DNA of 64,000 nucleotides from an uncultured Candidatus Saccharibacteria bacterium (GCA_964504255.1 CAZDDU010000001.1:33843-97842); one strand, 5' to 3'. Shown: positions 10,247-20,618, counted from the first letter of the stretch. The notes: generated by a model from the letters alone, not told the origin. Made by a program: numbers and translations.

Positions 10247-10816
10247 CTACTCAGTAGTTTCTTTAGGGGTTCTAACTTGTGGCTGTCTTCTGCTTTGCAT
10301 GCGAGGCTCAACACCCAAAAGGTACTTCTTAGGGTTAGAGTCGAGGTCGAGGAAGTCGTCCGCTGCTTCAATGAGCTTCGAAGATGATGACTTGCCGAAT
10401 GAAACAACTTCCACCTGAGTGCCATGAGTGTGCTTGAGATAATCAATAAGTGAAACGAAGTCACCGTCGCCTGATGCAATGATCACCGTGTCCAATTTGT
10501 TGGCAAGCTTAACCGCGTCCATGGCTAGGTCGATGTCCCAATTGGCTTTTTTGGCACCGCCGGCAAAGATTTGTAATGGCTTAGTACGAGTCTCGATACC
10601 AACCTTAGAGAGTGCGTCGAAGAACGCCTTCTCGTCTCCACCTTCTGTGGTGGCTACGTAAGCAATAGCGCGAACTAATACTCTACCGTCTAGTGCTTCT
10701 TTGATGATGGCACCGAAGTTCGCCTTAGCGTGGTAAAGGTTTTTGGCTGAGTGATATAGGTTTTGTGTATCGATGAAGATACCTACTCTCTGGGCCTTGT
10801 GTTTAATAACTGACAT
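10247..10816 (-). CDS. NYN-domain (LabA-like) protein
   Basis: VGIFIDTQNLYHSAKNLY...IIASGDGDF motifs typical of the NYN/LabA fold. Confidence 0.7.
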   Translation of the reverse strand: MSVIKHKAQRVGIFIDTQNLYHSAKNLYHAKANFGAIIKEALDGRVLVRAIAYVATTEGGDEKAFFDALSKVGIETRTKPLQIFAGGAKKANWDIDLAMDAVKLANKLDTVIIASGDGDFVSLIDYLKHTHGTQVEVVSFGKSSSSKLIEAADDFLDLDSNPKKYLLGVEPRMQSRRQPQVRTPKETTE

Positions 10817-10854
10817 ATTGTGTGAATCTATTTAATAAATAGATTTCAAAGACT

Positions 10855-11121
10855 CTACTTCTTCAAACCGAGTTTCTTCACTAGAGCGCTGTGACGCTTA
10901 GGGTGCTTCTTCTCCAAATATTTCATATGAGCTTGGCGACTAGCGACAAGTCCAAGTAGCCCGCGTCGAGAATGATTATCTTTATGATTCTTCTTTAAGT
11001 GAGAAGCAAGCTCCTCGATGCGAGCTGTAAGTATGGAAATTTGTGCCTCAGGAGAGCCAGTGTCCTTGTCGTGGACCCTAGCCTCTTTGATGACACGTGC
11101 TTTTTTTGTCTTTGAAATCAC
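10855..11121 (-). CDS. rpsO: 30S ribosomal protein S15
   Basis: 88 aa; HxKDxHSRRGLL motif. Confidence 0.95.
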   Translation of the reverse strand: MISKTKKARVIKEARVHDKDTGSPEAQISILTARIEELASHLKKNHKDNHSRRGLLGLVASRQAHMKYLEKKHPKRHSALVKKLGLKK

Positions 11122-11218
11122 GTATCTACAATAGCACGCCTTAGCCCCCTTAGCAAGGGCCTAATTTGAGTATGAAAAAGGCGCCGATTGGCGCCTTTGA
11201 ACTAGGCACGAGACCCAG

Positions 11219-11611
11219 TCACTGTTCCCTCCAGATTTCGCCAGAGGATTTTGGATCAAGAAAGCTGCTTGGGACCTCGGTGATGATACATCGGGCCATC
11301 CCTTCACCGACAAGTCCGCCATTATATCTGCCAACCCAATCATCACCGATCTTATGGAATTCATAGCGGATCGCATTATGGGCATCCTTTGGCCTTCTGT
11401 CATATCTCTTCACGAAGCATAACCGCGCCTCCCCGAACATGATCTCATGTAGAGTAGACGGCCCGTACATGTCATTCAGTACTCCCGCTCCTTCGCTTTC
11501 CCATTTACCCCAGATGGCTCCAGCGAACATTGTGAATCTCACTGCGTCACCAGGTGTCTCGAAGCCCCCAAATTCTTCAAAGAAAAACCCCTGAATCAAG
11601 AAGACTTTCAT
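11219..11611 (-). CDS. hypothetical protein
   Basis: 130 aa ORF, no recognisable motif; somewhat higher GC than neighbours. Confidence 0.4.
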   Translation of the reverse strand: MKVFLIQGFFFEEFGGFETPGDAVRFTMFAGAIWGKWESEGAGVLNDMYGPSTLHEIMFGEARLCFVKRYDRRPKDAHNAIRYEFHKIGDDWVGRYNGGLVGEGMARCIITEVPSSFLDPKSSGEIWREQ

Positions 11612-11718
11612 ATTCGTACCCTTGGCTGAGGTTAGTGTACTGACTCTGATACCAAAAGTACTCTTATAGAAAGTAAAAGTAAATACTGTAAATAATATAG
11701 ATAAGAAAAAGCGGACCG

Positions 11719-12081
11719 TTAGGCCCGCACGATCTCGAACACATTTGTTGTGACTGCCCCTGCATCTGCGAGATACTTCATAATCTCGTCGATGAAAGAT
11801 TCTGGCATGGATGAATGTTCATCTCCACACTTGTCGATGCCAATTTTGGAAGACATCTCGAGGTGGTGCCTCACCTCGCTCATCACCCTCTGTCTATCAT
11901 AAAGAGGAGGGATACCACGGATCACTGTCTCATCCCTTCCGTGGCCTCTGGCGATTATGGCACCGAACTTGTCGTCGAAGTGGTAGATCCTCACAGACAG
12001 GCACCCTGCGTTGATGTAGGTCTCGACAGCTTGGTTCACAGAGAAGGACATTTGGTCTCCAGTTAGATCTAACCGAGACAT
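11719..12081 (-). CDS. small hypothetical protein, possibly GlnB/P-II-like fold; start uncertain (track ORF extends to 12123 and would overlap xer start)
   Basis: GAIIARGHGRDETV and SKIGIDKCG segments resemble P-II-like loops; weak. Confidence 0.35.
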   Translation of the reverse strand: MSRLDLTGDQMSFSVNQAVETYINAGCLSVRIYHFDDKFGAIIARGHGRDETVIRGIPPLYDRQRVMSEVRHHLEMSSKIGIDKCGDEHSSMPESFIDEIMKYLADAGAVTTNVFEIVRA

Positions 12082-12114
12082 TACTAAAATGATTAGGATG
12101 ATGCAAATGCTATA

Positions 12115-13053
12115 ATGTCGCAAAACATGGCCAATACTTCAGAACTAGAGAACTTGAAGAGACAGTTCCTCGAACATACCGAGATCACTCGCGGTAGAAG
12201 TTTGAAGACTGTAGAGAACTACGACAGATACTTAACTCGTTTCATCGAGTTCGCTAAAGTTAAGTCACCGAAACAAATTACCGACTCTGTTATAAGAGAG
12301 TACCGACTGTGGTTGAACAGACAGCCAGTAACGAAGAATAAAAAGAATCAGGATACGCTGAAGAGGCGAACACAGAATTACTATATGATCGCGCTTCGCG
12401 CGTTTCTTAAATACTTAGCATCTCAAAACATCTCTACCCTATCCCCCGAGCGTATAGAACTCGCCAAAGTTTCTGAAAGACATTTGGATCTAATCACACT
12501 TAACGAACTTGAGAGGTTGATGAATGCTCCCGACACATCGACACTCCAAGGACTTCGCGACAAGGCGATGCTCGAGCTCTTCTTCTCTACTGGACTTCGT
12601 GTGTCCGAACTCGCCTCTTTATCACGCGACTTAGACATTGATGCCGACGAATTCTCTATAAGAGGTAAGGGAGAGAAGGTGCGCGTGGTATTCATCTCTA
12701 CTCATGCGCGTGATGCGGTGAAACTGTATTTGAAGAAGAGAAACGACTTGGAAGACGCTATGTTTGTGAACATCGTGAAGGATCATACCAAGACCGCCCC
12801 AAGCAGACTGACCACAAGATCAATAGAGAGGATAGTGAAACACTATGCAATCAAAGCTGGAATCTCGAAAAAGGTTACACCGCACGTCATTAGGCACTCC
12901 TTTGCCACTGATCTTTTGAGCAATGGCGCTGACCTTCGTTCAGTCCAGATGCTTCTGGGTCACGCCAATATCGCCACTACTCAGATATATACCCATGTAA
13001 CTGACAAGGCTCTGCGTGACACCCACAAGAAGTTTCATAGTAAGAGGAAGTAG
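12115..13053 (+). CDS. tyrosine recombinase XerC/XerD family
   Basis: Core-binding N-domain plus catalytic HVIRHSFATDLL...LLGHANIATTQIYTHV (R-H-R-Y). Confidence 0.85.
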   Translation: MSQNMANTSELENLKRQFLEHTEITRGRSLKTVENYDRYLTRFIEFAKVKSPKQITDSVIREYRLWLNRQPVTKNKKNQDTLKRRTQNYYMIALRAFLKYLASQNISTLSPERIELAKVSERHLDLITLNELERLMNAPDTSTLQGLRDKAMLELFFSTGLRVSELASLSRDLDIDADEFSIRGKGEKVRVVFISTHARDAVKLYLKKRNDLEDAMFVNIVKDHTKTAPSRLTTRSIERIVKHYAIKAGISKKVTPHVIRHSFATDLLSNGADLRSVQMLLGHANIATTQIYTHVTDKALRDTHKKFHSKRK

Positions 13054-13090
13054 AACTATTTGACTTTTCGTTCATCTTGTTACTAAATGG

Positions 13091-14059
13091 TTGCAGAAGG
13101 TTTGTAAATTAAACACGGAGGAATTAGTGTCTGAGAGTAAGAAGGATAAGAAGGGGTCTCTGGGTCTGCTTGTGATTCTAGGGAAGAGCAGCAAGTTGCT
13201 TAAGGTTTTGAAATTCTTCAAGGTCGCCAAACCGCTGGTTCTTCTAATCTCGATGTCACTGTCTGCGATTGCGTATGCATTTCTTCTCGGACCATGGTTG
13301 GCAATTCTTTTGGTATTGCTGATCCTGATCCATGAGATGGGTCATGTTGTCGCTATGAAGATCAAGGGGTTCGATACACCCACCCCAATCTTCATTCCAT
13401 TTCTTGGGGCTGCGATATTCGCACCGAAGTTCAAGGATAGAGACACTGAGGCCTATGTTGGCTACGGTGGACCGTTTCTCGGAACCATTGGAACTTTGCT
13501 GCTCTTCGTAGCATGGTTCTTCATTCCGAAGAATACGGCGATGTCACATATTGTTATCGTTGCTTGTTACTTGGGAACCTACCTCAACTTGTTTAATCTC
13601 TTACCGATAAGTCCACTCGATGGAGGGAGAATTACTCAAGCAGTGGGTCCTTGGTTCAAGTACATTGGTTTCATCATGCTTCTGGCATTCTCGCTTCTAA
13701 TCAGACAGCCCGTGATCCTGTATATTTGGGTTATCGTGTTGTATGAATTCGAATCCATGCCACTGAAGTTGCGTGGAATGCTCACTGCATCGTGTTGGAT
13801 TGCCATGGCCGCTCTTATGAGTTTGGGTTATGGTGAGCAACCTACATGGCTCAATATTTTCGACTGCGTATTGACCTTCCCGTTCATGTACGCAGCGGTT
13901 CGTGGCGCGATACAGAATGAGGACACTGTCGACAAGGATGATCGCCCTGCACTTGCGAGTGGTGATAGGTCAAGGTGGTTGTTTCTGTATTTTGTGATCA
14001 GCCTAGTTCTTGTCTCACTCATCTTCATTCAGTTTCCTCTCCTGCCCAAGAGAGCGTAG
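13091..14059 (+). CDS. site-2 protease family (peptidase M50) membrane metalloprotease
   Basis: HEMGHV zinc motif inside TM helix, NLLPISPLDGG motif. Confidence 0.75.
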   Translation: MQKVCKLNTEELVSESKKDKKGSLGLLVILGKSSKLLKVLKFFKVAKPLVLLISMSLSAIAYAFLLGPWLAILLVLLILIHEMGHVVAMKIKGFDTPTPIFIPFLGAAIFAPKFKDRDTEAYVGYGGPFLGTIGTLLLFVAWFFIPKNTAMSHIVIVACYLGTYLNLFNLLPISPLDGGRITQAVGPWFKYIGFIMLLAFSLLIRQPVILYIWVIVLYEFESMPLKLRGMLTASCWIAMAALMSLGYGEQPTWLNIFDCVLTFPFMYAAVRGAIQNEDTVDKDDRPALASGDRSRWLFLYFVISLVLVSLIFIQFPLLPKRA

Positions 14060-14066
14060 ATCAATC

Positions 14067-14093
14067 TAGACGCCAGCATGCTGGCGTCTTTTC
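14067..14093 (+). terminator. intrinsic terminator after the M50 protease gene
   Basis: Perfect palindrome AGACGCCAGCATGCTGGCGTCT followed by TTTTC. Confidence 0.7.
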
Positions 14094-14095
14094 AT

Positions 14096-14125
14096 TTGAC
14101 AAAGTGGGTACAGTATGTATATAAT
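14096..14125 (+). promoter_or_regulatory. sigma70-type promoter upstream of nusA
   Basis: TTGACA - 18 nt - TATAAT. Confidence 0.6.
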
Positions 14126-14155
14126 AGAGAGTGTAATAGTGCTTGTTTATGGGAC

Positions 14156-14180
14156 CCGCCTTTGGCGGGATTAATTTTTA
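14156..14180 (+). promoter_or_regulatory. leader hairpin plus U-tract immediately upstream of nusA (candidate attenuator)
   Basis: CCCGCCtttgGGCGGG followed by ATTAATTTTT, 8 nt before nusA ATG. Confidence 0.4.
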
Positions 14181-14187
14181 AAAAAAT

Positions 14188-15324
14188 ATGTTCGATCTTA
14201 AAGTCATCAACAGTGTGCTGGGCGAGCTAGAAGAAGTGCGCGGCATTCCTCGTGCCAAAATCATCGAGGCTATCGAAGCGGCTCTAGCTACGGCTTATAA
14301 GAAGGAGTACGGTAAGCGTGGTCAACTTATCCGCGCGGCTTTCGACATGAAGACCGGTCAGGTTGAGTTCATGCAAGTGAAGAATGTTGTTGATGATACT
14401 AAGGTCTTCTTCGACGAAGATGCAGAACTAGCGGACGGAGACGAAAGAGTTTTCTACAACCCAGAACAGCACATGCTCTTAGATGATGCGAAGAAGATGA
14501 AGCGTGATGCCAAGGTCGATGATGAGATCATCTTCCCTATCGAGTCTAAGGGTGACTACGGTCGCATTGCTGCTCAGACTGCCAAGCAAGTTATTATGCA
14601 GAAGATTCGTGAAGCAGAAAAAGTTTCTGTTTTAGGTGAGTTCGGCGCACGCGAAGGCGAGATCGTCTCTGGTACAGTGCAGAGAATCGAGAGAGGAAAT
14701 ATTTTCGTCGACATGGGTCGCGCTACTGGTCTCCTCGCATATGAAGAGCAGATCCCTGGCGAGCGCTTCTCACAAGGTGAGAGAGTAAGAGCATATCTAT
14801 ATAGAGTAGAAGAGTCTCCAAGAGGTGTCTTCCTCCGTCTTTCTCGCTCTCATCCAAAATTCCTAGAAAAGCTTTTTGAGGCTGAGGCTCCAGAGCTTGC
14901 GAATGGTGCAGTGGTTATCAAGTCTGTCGCACGCGAAGCGGGTTATAGATCTAAGATAGCGGCTCAAGCTCTCGACTCACACATCGATCCTGTTGGTGCA
15001 CTAGTTGGTCAGCGTGGAGTAAGAGTGTCTACAGTGATGTCGGAACTCAGAGGCGAGAAGATCGATGTCATCGAGTGGCAAGAAGAGCCAAAGAAGTTTA
15101 TCGAAGAGGCTCTCTCCCCTGCGAAGATCATGAAGATCGAAATGGATGAAGAGACAAAGACTGCAACAGTACATGTTGCTGAGTCAGAGCAGTCACTCGC
15201 TATTGGTAAGGGTGGACAAAATGTTCGCCTTGCGGCCAAGCTCACTGGATTCAAAATTGATATTCAATCTGCTAAGGGTGAGGAGCTTGCAACAGGAGAA
15301 GCATCAGAGGATAATAAAGAGTAA
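14188..15324 (+). CDS. nusA: transcription termination/antitermination factor NusA (no C-terminal AR repeats)
   Basis: MFDLKVINSVLGELEEVRGIPRAK N-terminus, S1 and KH domains. Confidence 0.95.
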   Translation: MFDLKVINSVLGELEEVRGIPRAKIIEAIEAALATAYKKEYGKRGQLIRAAFDMKTGQVEFMQVKNVVDDTKVFFDEDAELADGDERVFYNPEQHMLLDDAKKMKRDAKVDDEIIFPIESKGDYGRIAAQTAKQVIMQKIREAEKVSVLGEFGAREGEIVSGTVQRIERGNIFVDMGRATGLLAYEEQIPGERFSQGERVRAYLYRVEESPRGVFLRLSRSHPKFLEKLFEAEAPELANGAVVIKSVAREAGYRSKIAAQALDSHIDPVGALVGQRGVRVSTVMSELRGEKIDVIEWQEEPKKFIEEALSPAKIMKIEMDEETKTATVHVAESEQSLAIGKGGQNVRLAAKLTGFKIDIQSAKGEELATGEASEDNKE

Positions 15325-15326
15325 TT

Positions 15327-15854
15327 ATGAATCTTTGGCACGAAATATCTCCAGGTACAGCCGAGGAGATGAATGTGATAGTCGAGATCAACAAAGGCTC
15401 AAAGAACAAGTACGAGATAGACAAAGAGACTGGGCTTATCGCCCTCGATAGAGTGATGCATACCTCGCAGGACTACCCCTTCGACTACGGCTTCGTACCT
15501 CAGTCCTTGTGGCACGACGGTGACCCGCTTGATGTAGTGCTCCTAACTACTTACCCACTCTCCCCTGGTATCTTGGTAAAGTCTAGACCAGTAGCCATAC
15601 TACACATGATTGACGGTGGAGATGCTGATGAGAAGGTTATTGCCGTACCTGTGGAGGACCCTAGATTCGACGATGTTAAGGATTTGAAGGATATAAACAA
15701 GCACACCCTGAAGGAGATTCAGCATTTCTTCGCTACATACAAGAAACTTCAGAACAAAGAGGTCCAAGTTGGAGATATTGAGGATAAACAGGCTGCAACG
15801 AAGGCTTTTGAAGAGAGTTTGGATCTCTACAGAGCGAAATACCCAAAGAATTAG
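15327..15854 (+). CDS. ppa: inorganic pyrophosphatase
   Basis: EINKGSKNKYEIDKETG...DGDPLDVVLL motifs. Confidence 0.95.
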   Translation: MNLWHEISPGTAEEMNVIVEINKGSKNKYEIDKETGLIALDRVMHTSQDYPFDYGFVPQSLWHDGDPLDVVLLTTYPLSPGILVKSRPVAILHMIDGGDADEKVIAVPVEDPRFDDVKDLKDINKHTLKEIQHFFATYKKLQNKEVQVGDIEDKQAATKAFEESLDLYRAKYPKN

Positions 15855-15922
15855 TCAGTCTCTACCCTGTGCTATAATCAGTAATCACGGCTATGGCAGT
15901 ATTACTGGTTACTTAAATTAGA

Positions 15923-16645
15923 ATGAAGAATAAAATTGTTGTTTTAAGCCTTATATTATCAATAATCGCTCTACCTGCCTTTGCGGAGGACAACTCTGGC
16001 ACAAGTAAGGGAGTTAGAGAGGACTACGAGGCAAAGAAGGCCGAAATACAGGGTAGAATCAAGGAAAATAAGGATAAACTAAAGGAAAATAGAGAAATAA
16101 GGAAGGATGAAATAAAGGAAAATAGAGAAATAAGGAAGGAGGAGGTCAAGGATATAAGAGAGGATAGAAGAGAGGATCGCCAGGAAGACAGAAAGGATAG
16201 AAGAGAAGAAGCCGGCGAGAAGTCTGTAAAGGTCAGAGCAGATGTTGCTGTCCGTGTACTAGAAGCAACTATTACTCGACTTGAGACACTTGCGACTAGA
16301 ATTGACTCTAGAATAACCAAGCTAGGCTCAACTGGGACAAGTACCTCTGAGGCAACAGGTTTTGTGGCTTCAGCTAGGACTGATATCAGTACAGCGAAGA
16401 CTCATATAGCAAATATCAAGGGTATCGATCTTTCGGGAGATACAGCTAGCTCAACAGCTACCAGCACAAACAGAGTCAACCGAGACAAGATCAAGTCAGA
16501 GTCTAAGCTCGCAAGAGAGGCTCTTGTGAGTGCAAAGCAGAATCTTATGAAGGCCCTAAATGCTATAAAGAGAATCGAGGCACCACTAAGAAGGGAGGGT
16601 AAGTTGCCAGTGGCTACATCAACAGCTACTACCACAACTCCTTAA
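15923..16645 (+). CDS. secreted charged coiled-coil repeat protein
   Basis: Signal peptide; ENREIRKDEIK/ENREIRKEEVK repeats encoded by a 33-bp tandem DNA repeat at about 16088-16153. Confidence 0.6.
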   Translation: MKNKIVVLSLILSIIALPAFAEDNSGTSKGVREDYEAKKAEIQGRIKENKDKLKENREIRKDEIKENREIRKEEVKDIREDRREDRQEDRKDRREEAGEKSVKVRADVAVRVLEATITRLETLATRIDSRITKLGSTGTSTSEATGFVASARTDISTAKTHIANIKGIDLSGDTASSTATSTNRVNRDKIKSESKLAREALVSAKQNLMKALNAIKRIEAPLRREGKLPVATSTATTTTP

Positions 16646-16664
16646 TAGAAATAAGTAATTCACA

Positions 16665-16961
16665 ATGGAACCAAATCAAAACAATCAGCCAGTTCAGTCG
16701 AATAACGAAAACTCAATTGGTCCTGTTATTGCCATCATCATTGTTCTTCTTATGGTGATTTTGGGTGGAGTTTACTTCTGGGGTGAGAGAAATAACTCAG
16801 CACAACCAGCTTCTCAAGAAGTAGTTGTAAATGAGGCGAATGTAGATGCTGTATCGGGCAAGATTATGCAGCAATCAACTTCTGACGAGAGTGCATCCAT
16901 CGAGGCTGATCTCAACGGAACAGACGTAGATACAGTTGGTGCAGATCTAAACAATCTCTAA
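16665..16961 (+). CDS. small single-TM membrane protein
   Basis: 98 aa; GPVIAIIIVLLMVILGGVYFW helix. Confidence 0.45.
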   Translation: MEPNQNNQPVQSNNENSIGPVIAIIIVLLMVILGGVYFWGERNNSAQPASQEVVVNEANVDAVSGKIMQQSTSDESASIEADLNGTDVDTVGADLNNL

Positions 16962-17028
16962 AGTTAATTTGGAGGGCAAAAAACAGTCTCGATAGCTTCG
17001 GGACTGTTTTTTTGTTAGACTCGGAGAC

Positions 17029-17997
17029 ATGTCAAAACACGAGCACAAACATACTAATAACTTAAAGATCGAAAAGATCGACGGCGAGGCGCATATTACC
17101 GGAGAGATTACTCTAGAAGCACTAGAGGAAGCTCGTGGTGAGGCCATCAAGTCTCTCAATGCCCGCTTAGATATGCCTGGATTTAGGAAGGGTAATATTC
17201 CTGAAAATGTACTTGTGAAGAATGTTGGTGAGATGAGAGTACTCGAGGAAGTAGCCGAGATTGTCCTTGCACACGAATATGTCCACATCACGAGTGAGAA
17301 CAAGCTCTCCCCTATTGCTCGTCCTCAAATTGCTATTACTAAGCTCGCCCCTGGTATCCCACTAGAATTTAAAATCACAGTAGCACTTGAGCCCGAGTTT
17401 ACTCTCCCAGATTATAAAAAGATCGCCAAAGATTCTAAGAAAGAAGACGAAGACTTGAAGGTAGATGAAAAGGAGGTTGATGCGGTCCTAGCAGAGATTG
17501 AGAAGAGGGGATGGAAGCCAGAACTTAAGGAAGGTGAGGATCTCCGCACTAAGGCGAAAGAGAATCTACTAGAAGAGAAGAAGTTTAGAGCCAAGGAAAA
17601 GGTTCGACTCACTATCGTTGAGGAGTTAGTTAAAGCAACAGAGATAAAAATTCCTAAAGTTCTTGTTGAGAACGAACTAGATAGAATGATTGCACAATTT
17701 AAAGATGATGTGGTTAAACACAGCATGGTATGGACTGAATACTTGAAGTCTATTAAGAAGACAGAGGATGATATAAGAGTGGAATGGGAGGAGAAAGCTC
17801 TGAAGAGAGCCAAGGCCGAGCTCATCATGCAAAAGATTGCTGAAACGGAAAAACTTGAACCTACTAAAGAGGAAGTTGAGCACGAGACCACTCACCTGCT
17901 CACTCACTACAAGGATGCCGATCCTTTAAGACTCCGCATCTATGTATTTGAGCAGCTAAAGAATCAAAAAGTTTTCGAGTTTCTTGAAACAATGTAG
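17029..17997 (+). CDS. tig: trigger factor (short form, apparently lacking the PPIase domain)
   Basis: PGFRKGNIP ribosome-binding signature; directly upstream of clpP as in the canonical tig-clpP arrangement. Confidence 0.8.
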   Translation: MSKHEHKHTNNLKIEKIDGEAHITGEITLEALEEARGEAIKSLNARLDMPGFRKGNIPENVLVKNVGEMRVLEEVAEIVLAHEYVHITSENKLSPIARPQIAITKLAPGIPLEFKITVALEPEFTLPDYKKIAKDSKKEDEDLKVDEKEVDAVLAEIEKRGWKPELKEGEDLRTKAKENLLEEKKFRAKEKVRLTIVEELVKATEIKIPKVLVENELDRMIAQFKDDVVKHSMVWTEYLKSIKKTEDDIRVEWEEKALKRAKAELIMQKIAETEKLEPTKEEVEHETTHLLTHYKDADPLRLRIYVFEQLKNQKVFEFLETM

Positions 17998-18021
17998 GTT
18001 TTGGTATAGTGTAGTGGAACT

Positions 18022-18597
18022 ATGAGTTACCTAGTCCCAACAGTTATAGAGAAGAGCCAGTTCGGTGAGAGGGCGTATGACATATACTCTCGCCTACTTC
18101 GTGAGCGCATCATCTTCCTCGGAGGCCCGATTGACGACGTTGTGGCTAACCTAGTTATTGCTCAGCTCCTCTTTCTACAGTCTGAGGATGCCAAGAAGGA
18201 CATCTCTATATATATAAACTCCCCTGGAGGCTCTGCCTCAGCTACTTTGGCTATGATAGACACCATGAATCATATTAAGCCCGATGTTTCTACTGTGTGT
18301 GTTGGTATGGCTGCTTCGGGCGGAGCTTGGATGCTTTCAGCTGGTGCTAAGGGTAAGCGATTTGCGCTTCCAAATGCTGAGATCATGATCCATCAGCCTC
18401 TTGGTGGTGCCGAGGGTCAGGCGTCAGATATCGAGATCAGAGCCAAGCAGATAATCAAACTGAAGGAGAATCTAGCCAAGATTATGGCTAAGAACACAGG
18501 TCAGAGTGTGTCTAAGGTTGAGAAGGACTTAGATCGAGACTTCTTTATGAACCCAGAAGAGGCCAAGAAATACGGCATTATAGACAAGATTCTATAG
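18022..18597 (+). CDS. clpP: ATP-dependent Clp protease proteolytic subunit
   Basis: [21 protein letters not shown] catalytic Ser motif. Confidence 0.95.
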   Translation: MSYLVPTVIEKSQFGERAYDIYSRLLRERIIFLGGPIDDVVANLVIAQLLFLQSEDAKKDISIYINSPGGSASATLAMIDTMNHIKPDVSTVCVGMAASGGAWMLSAGAKGKRFALPNAEIMIHQPLGGAEGQASDIEIRAKQIIKLKENLAKIMAKNTGQSVSKVEKDLDRDFFMNPEEAKKYGIIDKIL

Positions 18598-18701
18598 TTC
18601 TGGTACTCTCTACTTGTTCAATCGTTAAAGAATTTTTCCGAAATTAACACCCTGCGCAAGTGGGGCTCCCGAACTCCCGAAACGGCTGACACATCCCCAA
18701 T

Positions 18702-20231
18702 ATGTCTCTAAAATTAGCCCTATTATTGATGCTACTTGCCTTAGCTGCCGGCACCGGCTTCGGTTATTTGCTGCGTCTATTAGTCGCTTTGGGCAAGAAG
18801 AACTCGGTCGAGCTTGAGATCCAAGAGATGGAGTCCCGAGCTAAGGAAGAAGCTCAAGATATTATCGAGAAGGCCAACAAAGAAGCTAAGGCAGTACTTG
18901 AGGATGCAGAGGTCAACATCCGTGAGCGAGAGGACAGAGTACTTAAGAACGAAGACCGGTTGATTAAGAAGGAGGAGCTCCTAGACAACAGACAAACGGA
19001 TTTAGATAAAGAGGCTGATTATATTAAGGATAAGGTGGTAGAGATCAAGGCTATCAAGGATAGAGCAGATGAGCTTGTACTCGCTCGGTCAAAAGAACTC
19101 TCTAGAGTTGCTTCCCTATCAGAAGATGAGGCTAAGAATGAACTTTTCAAAAGAATTGAGCAGAGCGCCGAGGAGGATCTGCTTGTTAGAACTCAGAAGT
19201 TAGAGAACCAAGCCGAAGAAAAGCTGGGAGAGAGAGCCAAGGAAATACTTGCCACATCGATACAGCGTCTGGCTAACTCCATATCAAATGAGATCATGTC
19301 GACGAATGTCCCTCTCGCATCAGACGAGATCAAGGGCAAGATCATTGGTAAGGAAGGTAGGAATATTAAGGCATTCGAGCGAGTGACTGGTGTTGAAGTT
19401 ATTGTCGATGATACTCCTGGCGCTATCACCATCTCATCATTTGATCCAGTAAGGCGCGCAGTTGCTAAGCTTGCTCTAGAGAAGCTTATTGCCGATGGCA
19501 GGATCCAGCCTGCGAAGATTGAGGAATTCGTAGAGAACGCTAAGACCGAAATAAACAAAGTAATGAAGGAGAAGGGTGAGCAAGCCGCGTTTGAGTGTGG
19601 GGTGTACAATCTTGATCCCAAACTTCTCGCTATTCTAGGTAGACTCCACTTCCGTACTTCATATGGGCAAAATGTTTTGGAACACTCAGTTGAGATGGCA
19701 CATTTGTCAGGAATGATCGCTGAAGAGCTTGGAGCAAATATACTTGTAGCCAAGGCTGGGGCACTACTCCATGACTTAGGTAAGGCGCTCGATCATGAAG
19801 TTCAGGGTACTCATGTGGAGATTGGAAGACGAATTCTACAGAAATTTAATGTCGACGAAGCGGTGATCAAGGCTATGCAAGCACATCACGGGGAGTATCC
19901 ATACGAGACAGTTGAGTCGATGATAGTTCAAACAGCAGATGCAATATCGGGTGGAAGACCAGGAGCAAGGCGAGACACCGTAGAACACTATCTAAAACGC
20001 CTAGAAGAGTTAGAAAACATTGCAACATCCTTTGACGGAGTAGAGAAGGCTTATGCACTACAGGCCGGTAGAGAGATCAGGGTCTTTGTGGAGCCGGGTA
20101 AGGTCTCTGACCTTGAGGCTCGAAATATGGCTAGAAATATAGCTTTGCGTATAGAGAAGGAGCTCAAGTACCCCGGTGAGATCAAGGTCAGCGTCATCAG
20201 AGAGAATAGGGTCATTGAGTTCGCAAGATAG
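18702..20231 (+). CDS. rny: ribonuclease Y
   Basis: N-terminal TM, coiled coil, KH domain (GKEGRNIKAFERVTGV), HD domain (LLHDLGKA). Confidence 0.9.
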   Translation: MSLKLALLLMLLALAAGTGFGYLLRLLVALGKKNSVELEIQEMESRAKEEAQDIIEKANKEAKAVLEDAEVNIREREDRVLKNEDRLIKKEELLDNRQTDLDKEADYIKDKVVEIKAIKDRADELVLARSKELSRVASLSEDEAKNELFKRIEQSAEEDLLVRTQKLENQAEEKLGERAKEILATSIQRLANSISNEIMSTNVPLASDEIKGKIIGKEGRNIKAFERVTGVEVIVDDTPGAITISSFDPVRRAVAKLALEKLIADGRIQPAKIEEFVENAKTEINKVMKEKGEQAAFECGVYNLDPKLLAILGRLHFRTSYGQNVLEHSVEMAHLSGMIAEELGANILVAKAGALLHDLGKALDHEVQGTHVEIGRRILQKFNVDEAVIKAMQAHHGEYPYETVESMIVQTADAISGGRPGARRDTVEHYLKRLEELENIATSFDGVEKAYALQAGREIRVFVEPGKVSDLEARNMARNIALRIEKELKYPGEIKVSVIRENRVIEFAR

Positions 20232-20297
20232 AGGCCTGTTGCTTAAAAAATGGCTTCATATATAATCGGTATGGGTTTATAAGGATAATTTAAGTCA

Positions 20298-20570
20298 ATG
20301 AATAAGGTAGCAATTGTAGACGCAGTACATGCAAAACTCGGTGGCACCAAAGTTCAGGCCGAGGAAGTAGTCGATACCGTCATCGATTCAATCGTCAGCA
20401 CTTTGAAGAAAGGTGATGAGGTCTCGATTGCGGGCTTGGGCATTTTCTCAACCAAGACTCGTGCAGCAAGACAAGCTAGGAATCCTCGCACAGGCGAGTC
20501 TATCTCTGTCCCATCTATGCGAGTACCGAAGTTTCGTCCTGCAAAGGCACTCAAAGACGCAGTTCGTTAA
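20298..20570 (+). CDS. hup: HU family DNA-binding protein
   Basis: 90 aa; GFGxFxxxxRxARxGRNPxTGE arm motif. Confidence 0.9.
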   Translation: MNKVAIVDAVHAKLGGTKVQAEEVVDTVIDSIVSTLKKGDEVSIAGLGIFSTKTRAARQARNPRTGESISVPSMRVPKFRPAKALKDAVR

Positions 20571-20594
20571 TAACAAACTGCGTGCCAAACAAAA

Positions 20595-20618
20595 ATCCCG
20601 TCTTGAAGCGGGATTTTT
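20595..20618. terminator. bidirectional intrinsic terminator between hup (+) and cca (-)
   Basis: AAAAATCCCGtcttgaagCGGGATTTTT, with A-run and T-run on both sides. Confidence 0.7.

Noticed and set aside
16088-16153. 33-bp tandem repeat, checked as a possible CRISPR array
   Set aside because: There are only two copies, they are in frame inside a coding sequence (ENREIRK[DE]E[IV]K protein repeats), there are no spacers and no cas genes. No CRISPR array exists anywhere in the window.
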